From the NCBI GenBank assembly GCA_963795855.1, contig CAWCIZ010000004.1, positions 32,001 through 96,000 on the forward strand: a DNA stretch of 64,000 bases, read 5' to 3'. Of the stretch, positions 8,727-17,820 are shown piece by piece. The position numbers were made by a program, and so were the translations under genes. The notes under the pieces are model-generated. The model was not told the DNA's origin. It made no database searches and saw only the letters and a program-made list of their open reading frames with translations. The number at the start of each line of letters is the position of its first letter. Position 1 is the stretch's first letter. The stretch comes from Vulcanimicrobiota bacterium (GTDB lineage: Bacteria; Vulcanimicrobiota; Vulcanimicrobiia; Vulcanimicrobiales; Vulcanimicrobiaceae).

Positions 8727-9851
8727 AGCCGCCTCAAGCGCCTGGGCGATGTCGGACCACAAGTCGTCGACGTCCTCTAGACCAATTGCTACGCGAAGAA
8801 GATTGCCGGGTGTTTTTGTAGCCGGTCCTTCGATCGACGCTCGATGTTCGATCAGGCTCTCAGGGCCGCCAAAGCTCGTCGCGCGCTGAAAAAGGCGAAC
8901 GGCTCCGGCAACGCGTATTGCCTCGGTTTCCGTTCCGCGGACCAGAAAAGAAAACACGGAGCCGAGGCCGCTCATTTGCCGAAGCGCGAGCTCGTTGTAC
9001 GGACTGCTTTCCAGTCCTGGATGCAGAACCTCTTGCACGTTCGGATGCTTTACAAGTCTTTGCGCGAGAATAAGCGCGGAAGTCGATTGGTGCCGGACCC
9101 GAACGGGAAGCGTTGCCAGGCCGCGCGACGCCAACCAGCAATTGAACGGTGAAGGTACGGCGCCAAAAGATTTTTGCAAGCTGCGGACTGCCGCCCAGTG
9201 GTCTGATTTCTCGCGAGTTATGATGATGCCGCCTTGAGCATCGTGATGTCCGTTCACGTACTTCGTCGTTGAGTGCACGACCATATCGGCCCCGTGAGCC
9301 AGTGGTTGTTGAAATAGCGGAGTGGCAAGTGAGTTGTCGCAGACGAGTAAAGCGCCGTACGCGCGGGCGATTTGTGAAATCGCGCCGATGTCGGCAATCT
9401 GCAGCATGGGATTCGACGGCGTTTCGATGAAGACAACGCGCGTATTTTGCTGCACATGATCAGCAACGTTTTGCACGTTCGTCGCGTCGACCAGCGAAAC
9501 GTTCAAGCCCCAGACACGGAAATGTGAGACCAAGGCGTCGCGAACGCCAAAATAAATGTCTTCTGAGACTACAACGTGATCTCCGGGTTTCAAACTTTGA
9601 AAGATAGCGAGGGCGGCGGCCATGCCACTAGCGAAAGCCGCGCCGTCGACCCCCCCTTCTAGAGCCGCCATACGTCGCTCGAGTTCGCTTCGATTCGGAT
9701 TGCCTTCGCGGCCATAGTCGAACCCGTAAGGGAACGTGCCGTCAGATGAACGCCGAAATGTCGTTGAAAGTACCATCGGCTCGGCTACGGCACCGTAGTG
9801 ATATGCGCTCTCACCCTCACCGTGTACAAACTTTGTATCGGGATGTGTCAT
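8712..9851 (-). CDS. Cys/Met metabolism PLP enzyme (cystathionine gamma-synthase/lyase family)
   Basis: YGREGNPNR, FASGMAA, ETPSNP, DNSLATP, HSTTKYVNGH (PLP lysine), SFGGPESL; SD GAGGTGG before ATG 9851. Confidence 0.92.
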   Translation of the reverse strand: MTHPDTKFVHGEGESAYHYGAVAEPMVLSTTFRRSSDGTFPYGFDYGREGNPNRSELERRMAALEGGVDGAAFASGMAAALAIFQSLKPGDHVVVSEDIYFGVRDALVSHFRVWGLNVSLVDATNVQNVADHVQQNTRVVFIETPSNPMLQIADIGAISQIARAYGALLVCDNSLATPLFQQPLAHGADMVVHSTTKYVNGHHDAQGGIIITREKSDHWAAVRSLQKSFGAVPSPFNCWLASRGLATLPVRVRHQSTSALILAQRLVKHPNVQEVLHPGLESSPYNELALRQMSGLGSVFSFLVRGTETEAIRVAGAVRLFQRATSFGGPESLIEHRASIEGPATKTPGNLLRVAIGLEDVDDLWSDIAQALEAASAGA

Positions 9852-9861
9852 GACCACCACC

Positions 9862-10990
9862 TCAGGGTCTTCCGCGTTGCGAAGCATTGTCCACGGCTGC
9901 CGTAAGCGATGCGATAACGGGATCGTAAATTGCCGGATTGTCGCTGTGCGCCGCCGACCAATGCGCCTGTTCCAGCGCGTTTGCATCGTACACGTTTCGA
10001 GCTTCAAGCGATGCACCACGATCGATGAGAAAGCGTACCATATCGGATTCCGCACCGATTGCGGCCCAGTGAAGCGCGGTTTGTCCATGGTGAAGGCTGT
10101 TAATCTCAACGCCGTGCGCCAGAAGAACGTTGACCACATTTATATGGCCGTATTCGCAGGCCCACGCGAATGCATAGCTCGAGCTGCTCGTTTGTCGCCC
10201 CGCGCGCAAGGAATGTTTCTACAAGGTCCGCTCTGCCTACACCGGCGGCGCTTTCGAGATCCAATGTCGCACCCTGATCTGCCAGGAATTGCGCCGCCGC
10301 TTTTCTTCCGTTTCGCAAGGCGCTCAGGAGCGGGTTGCTGCATCCTGGAGGCCCGTCTATTGCAGCGCCAGCGGTGAGCAACGCGTGCATCAGCGGGATC
10401 TGAACGCCCGTACGAGCCGGATGGACGCTGCTTGCAACTAGGCTTAACGTCGTGGACGCCCCATAAATATTTGCAACAGCGTCAACATACGCGCCGGCGG
10501 CAAATAGTAGGCTTACGATCTCAACAATATTCGGTGGTGTTTTTTGTCGATAGTCCTCGATGCCGTTCGCGCCGGCATAATGCAGCAATGTTGCGCGATG
10601 CGCTCGCGTCGAATGCTCGTGAACCAACTGTGGAGTCTTGCGAAGCAATTCTGCCAATGCCTTGCTATCACCGACGGAAATTGCATCTGCAGCTAACTCA
10701 AACGCCGCAACGGTTGTGTTTGCAGCGCGCAGTGCCTCGATGTGCGCTGCAAACCTCGGCCAGCTTTCAAATCCGTGCTCCCGGGCGATAACCAGTTGCG
10801 CGTCCGAGAGCGCGACATTATCGCGGTAGTCTTTGGAATCGGGCGCACTATCACGCGGGTGGAATGCCTTGAACCGAATGAGCGCGTCCGATTCGGAGGC
10901 ACGGAACGATTTCAGGAGATCCTTTGCCTGCTTCTTATAGTGGTCCAGATGCGGACGAGGTGGCACCGGGCGCAGATCTGTGAATGTCAT
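9862..10990 (-). CDS. Ankyrin-repeat protein with N-terminal PRPHLDHYKKQAKDLL...LSDAQLVIAREHGFESW domain (frameshift near 10175)
   Basis: ORFs 10106..10990 and 9862..10209 join. Ankyrin motifs TLLHYA, AFAWACEYGHINVVNVLL, TALHWAA. Confidence 0.85.
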
Positions 10991-10991
10991 G

Positions 10992-11108
10992 AACGAACTC
11001 GCTTTCGTGTAACGCGCCTGTAGTCCGCACGTAATCAGGCTGAAAGAAGTTCGTTAAGCATGTTGATGCGTCAAAGATGGGCACGGCCCTTTCCGCGGAC
11101 TGGCGGCG
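10992..11108 (-). ncRNA. Candidate structured cis-regulatory leader RNA of the ankyrin-PLP enzyme operon
   Basis: Inverted pairs 10992-11006/11042-11055, 11016-11020/11036-11040 and 11022-11028/11095-11101 (see findings). Confidence 0.5.
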
Positions 11109-11165
11109 CTCTTTGGCGCTCCTGCCCAGTATACCAAATAGCAAGCCGCTGTGGGTACTAGCGGC

Positions 11166-11202
11166 TTGACAAGGCGTGTCAAAAAGATGAAGATGTATTC
11201 AT
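11166..11202 (+). promoter_or_regulatory. Promoter/operator: TTGACA-aggcg-TGTCAA and ATGAA-gatgta-TTCAT palindromes
   Basis: Consensus -35 TTGACA at 11166. The second palindrome overlaps ATG 11201 and is a likely site for the downstream TetR. Confidence 0.55.
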
Positions 11203-11584
11203 GTTTAGGCTGAACGCGTTCGCTTGGGGGCTAGGGATCTGGCTGGTTGCGACGATCGCGCTGCGTTTTATCGGCCAATTCGTATTGCGCCCGAACAACC
11301 CGCTGCTCGTCATCGCGCTATTCCTTGGTGGCTTTGCGATTATGGCCGCCTTTACGCGGATGATTTGCTTACGTTTGGCCATCCCACGCGATGATTGGCC
11401 GGCGGCGGCGGTCTGCCTGGCACTGCCTACGCTACTGCTCGATCCATTCTCGTCAGCGTTCTTCCGTTCGGTGTTCCCCAACATCAACGCCGACGCCGCG
11501 GGCATATTTGGTGGCTGGATGCTGTGCTGTTGCGCCGGCGCGCTAGTCGCGGTGCTGCGCCGCTCGGCATCGCTCGCGGTTTGA
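11201..11584 (+). CDS. Small membrane protein (DUF5367-like)
   Basis: GLGIWLVATIALRFIGQ...LALPTLLLDPFSSAFFRSVFPN...FGGWML; 4 TM. Confidence 0.7.
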   Translation: MFRLNAFAWGLGIWLVATIALRFIGQFVLRPNNPLLVIALFLGGFAIMAAFTRMICLRLAIPRDDWPAAAVCLALPTLLLDPFSSAFFRSVFPNINADAAGIFGGWMLCCCAGALVAVLRRSASLAV

Positions 11585-12204
11585 TCGCTCGGCCGGCTTT
11601 ATTAAGACGCGCCGACCTTCCATCGGCGCCGCGCCAGCAGCGAAGTTGCCGCAGAAAGAACGCCATTATCGAGTCGGCACTCGAAGAACTCTCCGCGAAG
11701 GGCTACGCTGCAACGACCGTTGCGGATATCACCACACGCGCCGGGGTTCCCATAGGTACGTTCTATCTGCACTTTCGTTCGAAGGAGCAGTTGCTGCTGT
11801 TCTTGATGGACGAATTCTTGAGCCGTGTCGATGCCTTGACGTTCCCGGTCGATCCGCAGAACATACGTGCATCACTCGGTGAGGCGATTCGCCGTGCGTT
11901 TACGAGTGAACGCGCCTACGCGCGCGTGTACCAAGCATGGCGTGAAGCGGCGACCAGCGATGCTAAACTGGCGCGAAAGCAGCGCCGCATCGAGCGATGG
12001 AGTCGCGGGCGCCTCAAAGGATTGTTGGACCGATTCAAGGATCTTCCCGGCGCACGCAGCGGGATCGAGACCTCTACGCTCGCTGAGCTCTTCGATCGAC
12101 TTTTTTGGATGCTGTTGCGTGAACGTTGGGCCCGCGAAGCCGACCTCGACCGCTTATTAGCGGCAGCTACGGATCTAGTCTACCGCGTCGTATTTCACGA
12201 CTAG
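11581..12204 (+). CDS. TetR/AcrR family regulator
   Basis: GYAATTVADITTRAGVPIGTFYLHFRSKEQL; TTG start overlaps the upstream TGA. Confidence 0.9.
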   Translation: MIARPALLRRADLPSAPRQQRSCRRKNAIIESALEELSAKGYAATTVADITTRAGVPIGTFYLHFRSKEQLLLFLMDEFLSRVDALTFPVDPQNIRASLGEAIRRAFTSERAYARVYQAWREAATSDAKLARKQRRIERWSRGRLKGLLDRFKDLPGARSGIETSTLAELFDRLFWMLLRERWAREADLDRLLAAATDLVYRVVFHD

Positions 12205-12692
12205 TGCGGCCGTTTCGTTTATAGCAACGCTGGGCCTGAAGCGCGGTAAAGGCGCCATATCCGGCGTCTGCAGTGTAAGCGCGCGCGACGTTTCTCCCTG
12301 CAGTGTGTCAATACTCGGACATGCTGGAGTTTCAGGCAAAGGCGCGAACATTTCCATGAAATGCGAGCAAGGAATAGTACTTGATTCTTTATGAGAGGCG
12401 CTGATGACCGGATCTAACGGCCACGAGTGCAGTTGGTCCCGGACGTGGGTCTGTGTTGTTCTTGCCATGATGATGGTCAGCGGCCGCAGCGCGGCCGCGG
12501 CTACTGACAATTCACGCGATGCAGCACGGCAATGACTTGCCCCTTGGTTCGCGTGCTACTGCTCCACCGATTGCAGGTAGATAACGTCTTCGGCATGCAT
12601 TACGACGCAACGCCATATACGACAATCACGCACTATTTGAAGACGTTCGCAGGGCGGTGATCTTACAGACTGCAGGATTGCGACAGCGATCG

Positions 12693-12708
12693 TTCAAATA
12701 GTTTTGAA
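12693..12708. promoter_or_regulatory. Palindrome TTCAAA-tagt-TTTGAA overlapping the start of the aspartyl protease gene
   Basis: Perfect 6-bp inverted repeat ending on the A of ATG 12708; candidate site for the co-transcribed ArsR-type regulator. Confidence 0.45.
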
Positions 12709-14333
12709 TGAACAAATTGCGCGTTGCCTTGCTGGGCTTGGCTCCCTGCATTCTTTTGCTAACCGCTTTGGGGATGGCGGCGCACGTGAAGGCGCAGGAC
12801 CGCGCCGCCCTTCGCCTCAACTTGCGCGTGAACGCGTACGGGGTACAAGGCTCCGGCACCATTATCGTAGACCCGGCGACAGGATGGTTCGTCCGACGTT
12901 TCGTCGCTGGTCCCGCGTCCGAATCAGAGGGGTGGGATGGCGCGCACGCCTGGCGCGGCGATGCGACGGGCATGCCGAGAGTGCAGTCTGATGCCGGAGA
13001 AATCCACGAGATCGTTGGCTGGTCTCAAGCGTTGAAGCGTGCGCTGCAAGACCGCGCCGCGCACGCATCCAGCAACAGCTCGCAAGACACGGTAGCAGTT
13101 GCCTTTACCGGGTTCTCTGCATTTGGCCGTTATCACATACCGTCTGTAATCACCGCGCATTCGACCGCCAACGGTAACTGGTATGCGGACGTTACCCACG
13201 TCGAGCGCGTCGGCGTAACGAACTCTATGTTCGCACCTCCACAGGTGCCACATGATTCCGCAATAATCGGATCATCGACGACGGTGCCCATCCACGTCTT
13301 GGCCGGCACTCCGTCAGTGGACGTACGCGTGAACGGCAGGACGCTGAAAATGTACCTCGATAGCGGCGGCCAAAACGTGTTGAGCGATTCGGCGGCGAAG
13401 CGGATCGGTCTAACCATCGTCGGCAATGCCAGCGTCAGCGGCGGCGGAGGCGTCGCGGCCACGCGGTTCGCAACCGCCCAACGGGTGCAAGTGGGCAACG
13501 CCACGATGTACCGTCAACCATACCTCATTTTGCCGGACAGCGCGCTCGCACCCGCCGACGGGATAATCGGCTATGAAATGTTTGCGCGCTATGCCGCGAA
13601 GGTCGACGCAATCCAAAGCGCGCTAACCCTCGCGAAAACCGATAGCGTCTACGGACAGCCTGAAAAGGTTGCAACGATGGGCTACATCGATCGGCAGCCG
13701 GAATTAAACGGCGCGATCGACGCGATTCGCGGCAAAGTTACTCTTGACACCGGCAGTTCTTTTACCGCTCAAGTTTCCGCCTCGACTGTAGCGACGCACG
13801 AATTAGTCAATACGCTGCACGCTCGAATAACCGTCGGCGGACGAGGCGTGGGCGGACGATATCCCCTTTATATGGTGCGCGCCCATTCTCTCGTCGTCGG
13901 GCCGGCGAGCATTGGCGATCCGTTGCTGTACTTGTTGACCAAACCAGGGATTTGGAACGGGCGCTTCGCTCCGATCTCAAATATCGGCTTCGCAACACTG
14001 CGTCGCTGGATTTTGATTTTCGATTATCCAGACTCACGCATTCAATTACGCCCTGGTGGAGATGATTCCGGCAACACTGTTCACGACCACTCTGGAATCA
14101 TACTTGGTGTGAAGGGCAGCCGTCTAATTGCAGCCAGCGTTCTAGGTGGCACGCCAGCGTGGAATGCCGGCGTGCGCGACGGCGACGTTCTTGCGACGGT
14201 CGACGGCAAGCCGGTAACGGCCGCGGACTTCAGATCGATACGGCACCTCCTTCGCGGAAGTCCGGGTCAAAAAGTGACCATTGCGGCGGACGGACACGCC
14301 CCCGTGGCGATCGTCCTTGAGCAATACTTATAA
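12708..14333 (+). CDS. Secreted aspartyl protease (two retropepsin-like domains) with C-terminal PDZ
   Basis: Signal peptide; YLDSGG and TLDTGS catalytic motifs; DGIIGY; PDZ GTPAWNAGVRDGDVLATVDG. Confidence 0.85.
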   Translation: MNKLRVALLGLAPCILLLTALGMAAHVKAQDRAALRLNLRVNAYGVQGSGTIIVDPATGWFVRRFVAGPASESEGWDGAHAWRGDATGMPRVQSDAGEIHEIVGWSQALKRALQDRAAHASSNSSQDTVAVAFTGFSAFGRYHIPSVITAHSTANGNWYADVTHVERVGVTNSMFAPPQVPHDSAIIGSSTTVPIHVLAGTPSVDVRVNGRTLKMYLDSGGQNVLSDSAAKRIGLTIVGNASVSGGGGVAATRFATAQRVQVGNATMYRQPYLILPDSALAPADGIIGYEMFARYAAKVDAIQSALTLAKTDSVYGQPEKVATMGYIDRQPELNGAIDAIRGKVTLDTGSSFTAQVSASTVATHELVNTLHARITVGGRGVGGRYPLYMVRAHSLVVGPASIGDPLLYLLTKPGIWNGRFAPISNIGFATLRRWILIFDYPDSRIQLRPGGDDSGNTVHDHSGIILGVKGSRLIAASVLGGTPAWNAGVRDGDVLATVDGKPVTAADFRSIRHLLRGSPGQKVTIAADGHAPVAIVLEQYL

Positions 14334-14348
14334 ACGCCGGAGGCAAAG

Positions 14349-14999
14349 ATGAAGTCCGCAAAAACGAAGCCGACGCGCTCAAACGCTGCCACGGTCGGCC
14401 GGCCGCCCAAGCCAAAGCCGGCGCGAACGGCGGCTACGGGCGACGGATCGCCGCTGTTGAATGAGATGGTGCTGCCGGACCTCGATACGCTACGATTGTT
14501 GAGTGACGGCTTGCGACATCGAATTGTGTCATTGCTGATACAGGAGCCGCTGACGGTAACGGACTTGGCAAAGAGGCTCAGAGTAAAACGTACCGCGCTG
14601 TATTACCATGTTGAACTGCTTGAGCGCCACGGATTGGTGCGCGTCGACTCAAAACGCCCTGTCGGCAGCACCACAGAGCAGACGTATCGAGCCGTAGCCC
14701 GGCATTTTCGCGTCGATAGATCGGTGCTTTCGAGTTCTTCGAGCGACGTCAACACGACGCAAGCGGCCATAATCGAAAGTGCGGCGGCCGACCTGATGAC
14801 CATCGCGAATAACGCCAATGGTAATCCCCTCGTGGCGCGAACGTTTATTCGATTGGACCAATCCACTTACGTGCGGCTTTGCGCAGACATTAGGCACCTG
14901 CTCGAGGAGTACGAACGCGCTCAATCTGATCGCGGCGAACCCTTCGAGATTGCGTTGGCAGTCTTCCCAATTCACGATGCTGCCAACTCTTCTGCGTGA
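14349..14999 (+). CDS. ArsR-type winged-helix transcriptional regulator
   Basis: LSDGLRHRIVSLL...TVTDLAKRL...LYYHVELLERHGLV...EQTYRA. Confidence 0.85.
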   Translation: MKSAKTKPTRSNAATVGRPPKPKPARTAATGDGSPLLNEMVLPDLDTLRLLSDGLRHRIVSLLIQEPLTVTDLAKRLRVKRTALYYHVELLERHGLVRVDSKRPVGSTTEQTYRAVARHFRVDRSVLSSSSSDVNTTQAAIIESAAADLMTIANNANGNPLVARTFIRLDQSTYVRLCADIRHLLEEYERAQSDRGEPFEIALAVFPIHDAANSSA

Positions 15000-15059
15000 G
15001 TGTTGGCAGGCGCATGTCGAAGCGCCCTGAGGTAGCGAACGCTCAAGAAAGAGGAAAAA

Positions 15060-15425
15060 ATGCTCATAACGACGCAGCTCCGCACTACCGATCTCGAGGA
15101 ATCAATCCGCTTCTACACAACCAAACTCGGACTGGCGCTCGAGTTCCGCTACGAAGACTTCTACGCCGGTATCCGCGCCGGCAACGCGATCTTTCATCTA
15201 AAACTCGCCGATGAAAAAGATCCGTCAATCGATTTCGTCCAGGGAGGCGAGCATTTCCATCTCTACCTTGAGACCGACGATGCGCATGCCATGATCGAGC
15301 AACTACGCAAAAACGGCGTCCGCATCGTCAAAGACCCCGCCGACACGCCATGGGGCATGCGCGAGCTCGTTATCCACGATGATCAAGGACACACCATCTA
15401 CGTCGGACAGCGACTGGCTCCATGA
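15060..15425 (+). CDS. VOC / glyoxalase-bleomycin resistance family protein
   Basis: DLEESIRFYTTKLG...DTPWGMRELVIHDDQGH; SD AGAGGA. Confidence 0.9.
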   Translation: MLITTQLRTTDLEESIRFYTTKLGLALEFRYEDFYAGIRAGNAIFHLKLADEKDPSIDFVQGGEHFHLYLETDDAHAMIEQLRKNGVRIVKDPADTPWGMRELVIHDDQGHTIYVGQRLAP

Positions 15426-15709
15426 CTAAACCCACTCGCGGCAAGTAGATGCAGAATCAGGCTGCGCGAAGCTGATGCGCATCGACGTTACGGCACGGCG
15501 GACGATGCCGGGAAAAGCGCCTAGTACGGCGCATGCGGTCAGGCGTTGTTGAAGACGCTGCGACGCCGAAGCTGTGACCGTGTGCGATCGATTATCGTTG
15601 CAACGAGTCTCCCGCAACGGCGCGATTGGCGCTGAACACTGCAAAACGCTCCGGGCCTCGTTCCGTATGTGTGGGAGTTCGAAGCAAGTCTGCGCGCGCC
15701 GTTCCAATC

Positions 15710-15826
15710 TCAAGGCAAGAAGCGCGCCAAGTCCTCGCAATACGTACGCCCTGACCGCAGGCGCGCACCGTTTCGAAGAATAACGACATACTCGCCGTGA
15801 GCCCACGGCTCAAGCCGAAAAATTCG
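15710..15826 (-). pseudogene. 3' remnant (38 codons) of a LytTR response regulator homologous to 17821-17937
   Basis: RIFRLEPWAHGEYVVILRNGARLRSGRTYCEDLARFLP* versus intact RIFRLEPWAHGEYVVILRNGTRLRSGRTYSEELARFLP*. Confidence 0.85.
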
Positions 15827-15828
15827 CC

Positions 15829-16182
15829 GGTTGCTACTACGCAGTCGCGCTGAAGAACCGCCTGGGCTGGGACGATGCCTTGGGCGTTTGGGGCGTGCAC
15901 GGCGTCGGCGGCGTACCGGGCATTATCTTGCTCGGCGTGTTTGCAACGACGGCGTGGAATCCAGCCAGCGCAAACGGCTTGCTGTTCGGCGGCGCCGGGT
16001 TCTTCGGGAAACAGGTCGCCGCTGCGGTGTTCTGCAGCGCCTGGGCGTTCGTATTTAGGTACGGAATGCTTTGGCTGATAAGCCGCGTTACCGTAACCAA
16101 GGTCGATCGTGAGACCGAAGAACGCGGACTGGATATGGGGCTGCATGGCGAGGAGGCGTATCCGCTGGGGATTTATCTGTAG
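15829..16182 (+). pseudogene. amt: 3' fragment of an ammonium transporter (Amt)
   Basis: GCYYAVALKNRLGWDDALGVWGVHGVGG...EERGLDMGLHGEEAY. The N-terminal ~70% is missing. Confidence 0.85.
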
Positions 16183-16220
16183 TTCGGAACGCGTTTGGTC
16201 GGGCTCTATCGCCGTTTATT

Positions 16221-16631
16221 TCAGGACTCGCGCTCGGACAGGTGCTTATCGCATTCGGCTATCCCCGCTTGAACGCCCACTGTTTTGTAGATTTCGCGTG
16301 TCCGCATCCAAATCGAATGAGCATCTCGGCCGAGGAGTTCAACGAGCAAGGCATAGCCGCGCAACGCATTGCCATGATCGAGATCAGTGCGCTCGGGATG
16401 GGCTTCGTACACCGCGAGCGCTCGTTCGTAATACGGCAGCGCTTCTTCAATCTTAGATTGGCCGCGCAAGATGTCGCCAACGTGGCGCAACGCGTGCGCT
16501 TCCCGAAGTGAATCTCCGTCATCGGCGAAAAGCTCCGCGGCACGCCGGTACGCGTCGATAGAGCCGGCAATATCGCCGTTACGGCGGGCGTTGTACGCCT
16601 GAGCGGCTAGGGAATCTGCTTCCGCGTTCAC
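16221..16631 (-). CDS. TPR-repeat protein
   Basis: AHALRHVGDILRGQSKIEEALPYYERALAVY. Confidence 0.75.
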   Translation of the reverse strand: MNAEADSLAAQAYNARRNGDIAGSIDAYRRAAELFADDGDSLREAHALRHVGDILRGQSKIEEALPYYERALAVYEAHPERTDLDHGNALRGYALLVELLGRDAHSIWMRTREIYKTVGVQAGIAECDKHLSERES

Positions 16632-16936
16632 GCCTAGACGTTAGCACAATTGCCATAAGGGAGTCCATTATGCATATCCGGCGGGCGTAATATACTTGAC
16701 GACAGCAGCCTAAAGCGGTAGGAGCGAACTGCCGCACGGTCTGAAGCATGGTCTCTGGAATCGGCTGCTTGTCCATGCGGTGCCGATCCCTTGGAGCCAC
16801 AGTCTGTGGTGCACTTCGTAAGTCAGCGAAAAGCCTAGTATAGCGCCCCAGAATAGAACGCCTAGCGCCGATATTAAACGTCTTCCCCGTCATGGCATCA
16901 TCTTCGGCTACAGACACGCGATTTTTTGGTATAGGC

Positions 16937-17305
16937 TCAGTGCGCTTTTGCTTGGTGCAGATAAACCCGGTTCCCGTCTGGGTCCGTAACCATCGATACA
17001 AAGCAAATCGGTGTTTCGTATGGTTCGGTCGATTCAACACCGCATCGAGCAAGGTGCATCCGCATGGCGTCCAGATCGCTGACTTCAAGGGCTAGCGACT
17101 CGGCATTGCCGGGTGTGCCCGCCTGCTCAAACGTGCCGATCCCGAACGTCGTTCCATCCACGTCAAACTCGATCCACTTGTTTGCCGCCCCAGCTTCACC
17201 AACGGGTTCGGTTTGCAACAATCCGAGGACGTCGCGAAAAAATGCGGCGGAGCGCTGCATGTCTGAAACGGGATACATGATGAACGCGATACCAGATACA
17301 GACAT
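16937..17305 (-). CDS. VOC / glyoxalase family protein
   Basis: MYPVSDMQRSAAFFRDVLGL...WIEF...DPDGNRVYLH; SD AAGGAG before ATG 17305. Confidence 0.9.
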   Translation of the reverse strand: MSVSGIAFIMYPVSDMQRSAAFFRDVLGLLQTEPVGEAGAANKWIEFDVDGTTFGIGTFEQAGTPGNAESLALEVSDLDAMRMHLARCGVESTEPYETPICFVSMVTDPDGNRVYLHQAKAH

Positions 17306-17356
17306 CGTGCTCTCCTTCATACATAAGCGGCGGCCTCAGTCGCTGCCGTAAAATAT

Positions 17357-17620
17357 TCAGTGGAACACACCAAATTCCAGCCCATAGCGAGTTTGAATCA
17401 GCCCCGTTGCCGAAACGTGCGACCACTCGAACCGAAGCACACCGCCGTTTCCGAAACGGTACGCCGGCGTAAGGGTTTGCGAAGTTGCGCTGCTGCCCGG
17501 GCCAAAACCGACGAGATCGGCGTTTGCGCTCGAGTCGGAAGCCGAGCTTGCGTTGCGAGCATCCTCGTAACGAAACGAAATACTCCACGGTGGTGAGAAC
17601 GCCACGTCCCAAGCAACACC
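17357..17620 (-). pseudogene. 3' fragment of an outer-membrane beta-barrel porin
   Basis: WSISFRYE...GFGPGSSATSQTLTPAYRF...LRFEWSHV...QTRYGLEFGVFH* gives amphipathic beta strands with a terminal aromatic. No signal peptide or N-terminal part. Confidence 0.55.
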
Positions 17621-17820
17621 TCCGCGGCGGCGTGCTCGTACTGAAGAGGTCATCGCTCGAGTCGTTGCGCAAGGTGAGGCATTTTTCGCGCGACGACGTG
17701 GCGCGGCATGCGCGCCATGCGTGTGAGCGTATTGAATTGGCGTACGACCGATCACGACGTACATCGCGCCGTAGGGGCCATCGCCGATGCGCTCCAGTAG
17801 CAAATCCGCCGTTAGCGCCT

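Noticed and set aside
12394..12536. Short signal-peptide-like ORF MTGSNGHECSW...AARQ with an SD
   Set aside because: Only ~43 codons with no recognisable domain; possibly a 5' remnant but unsupported.
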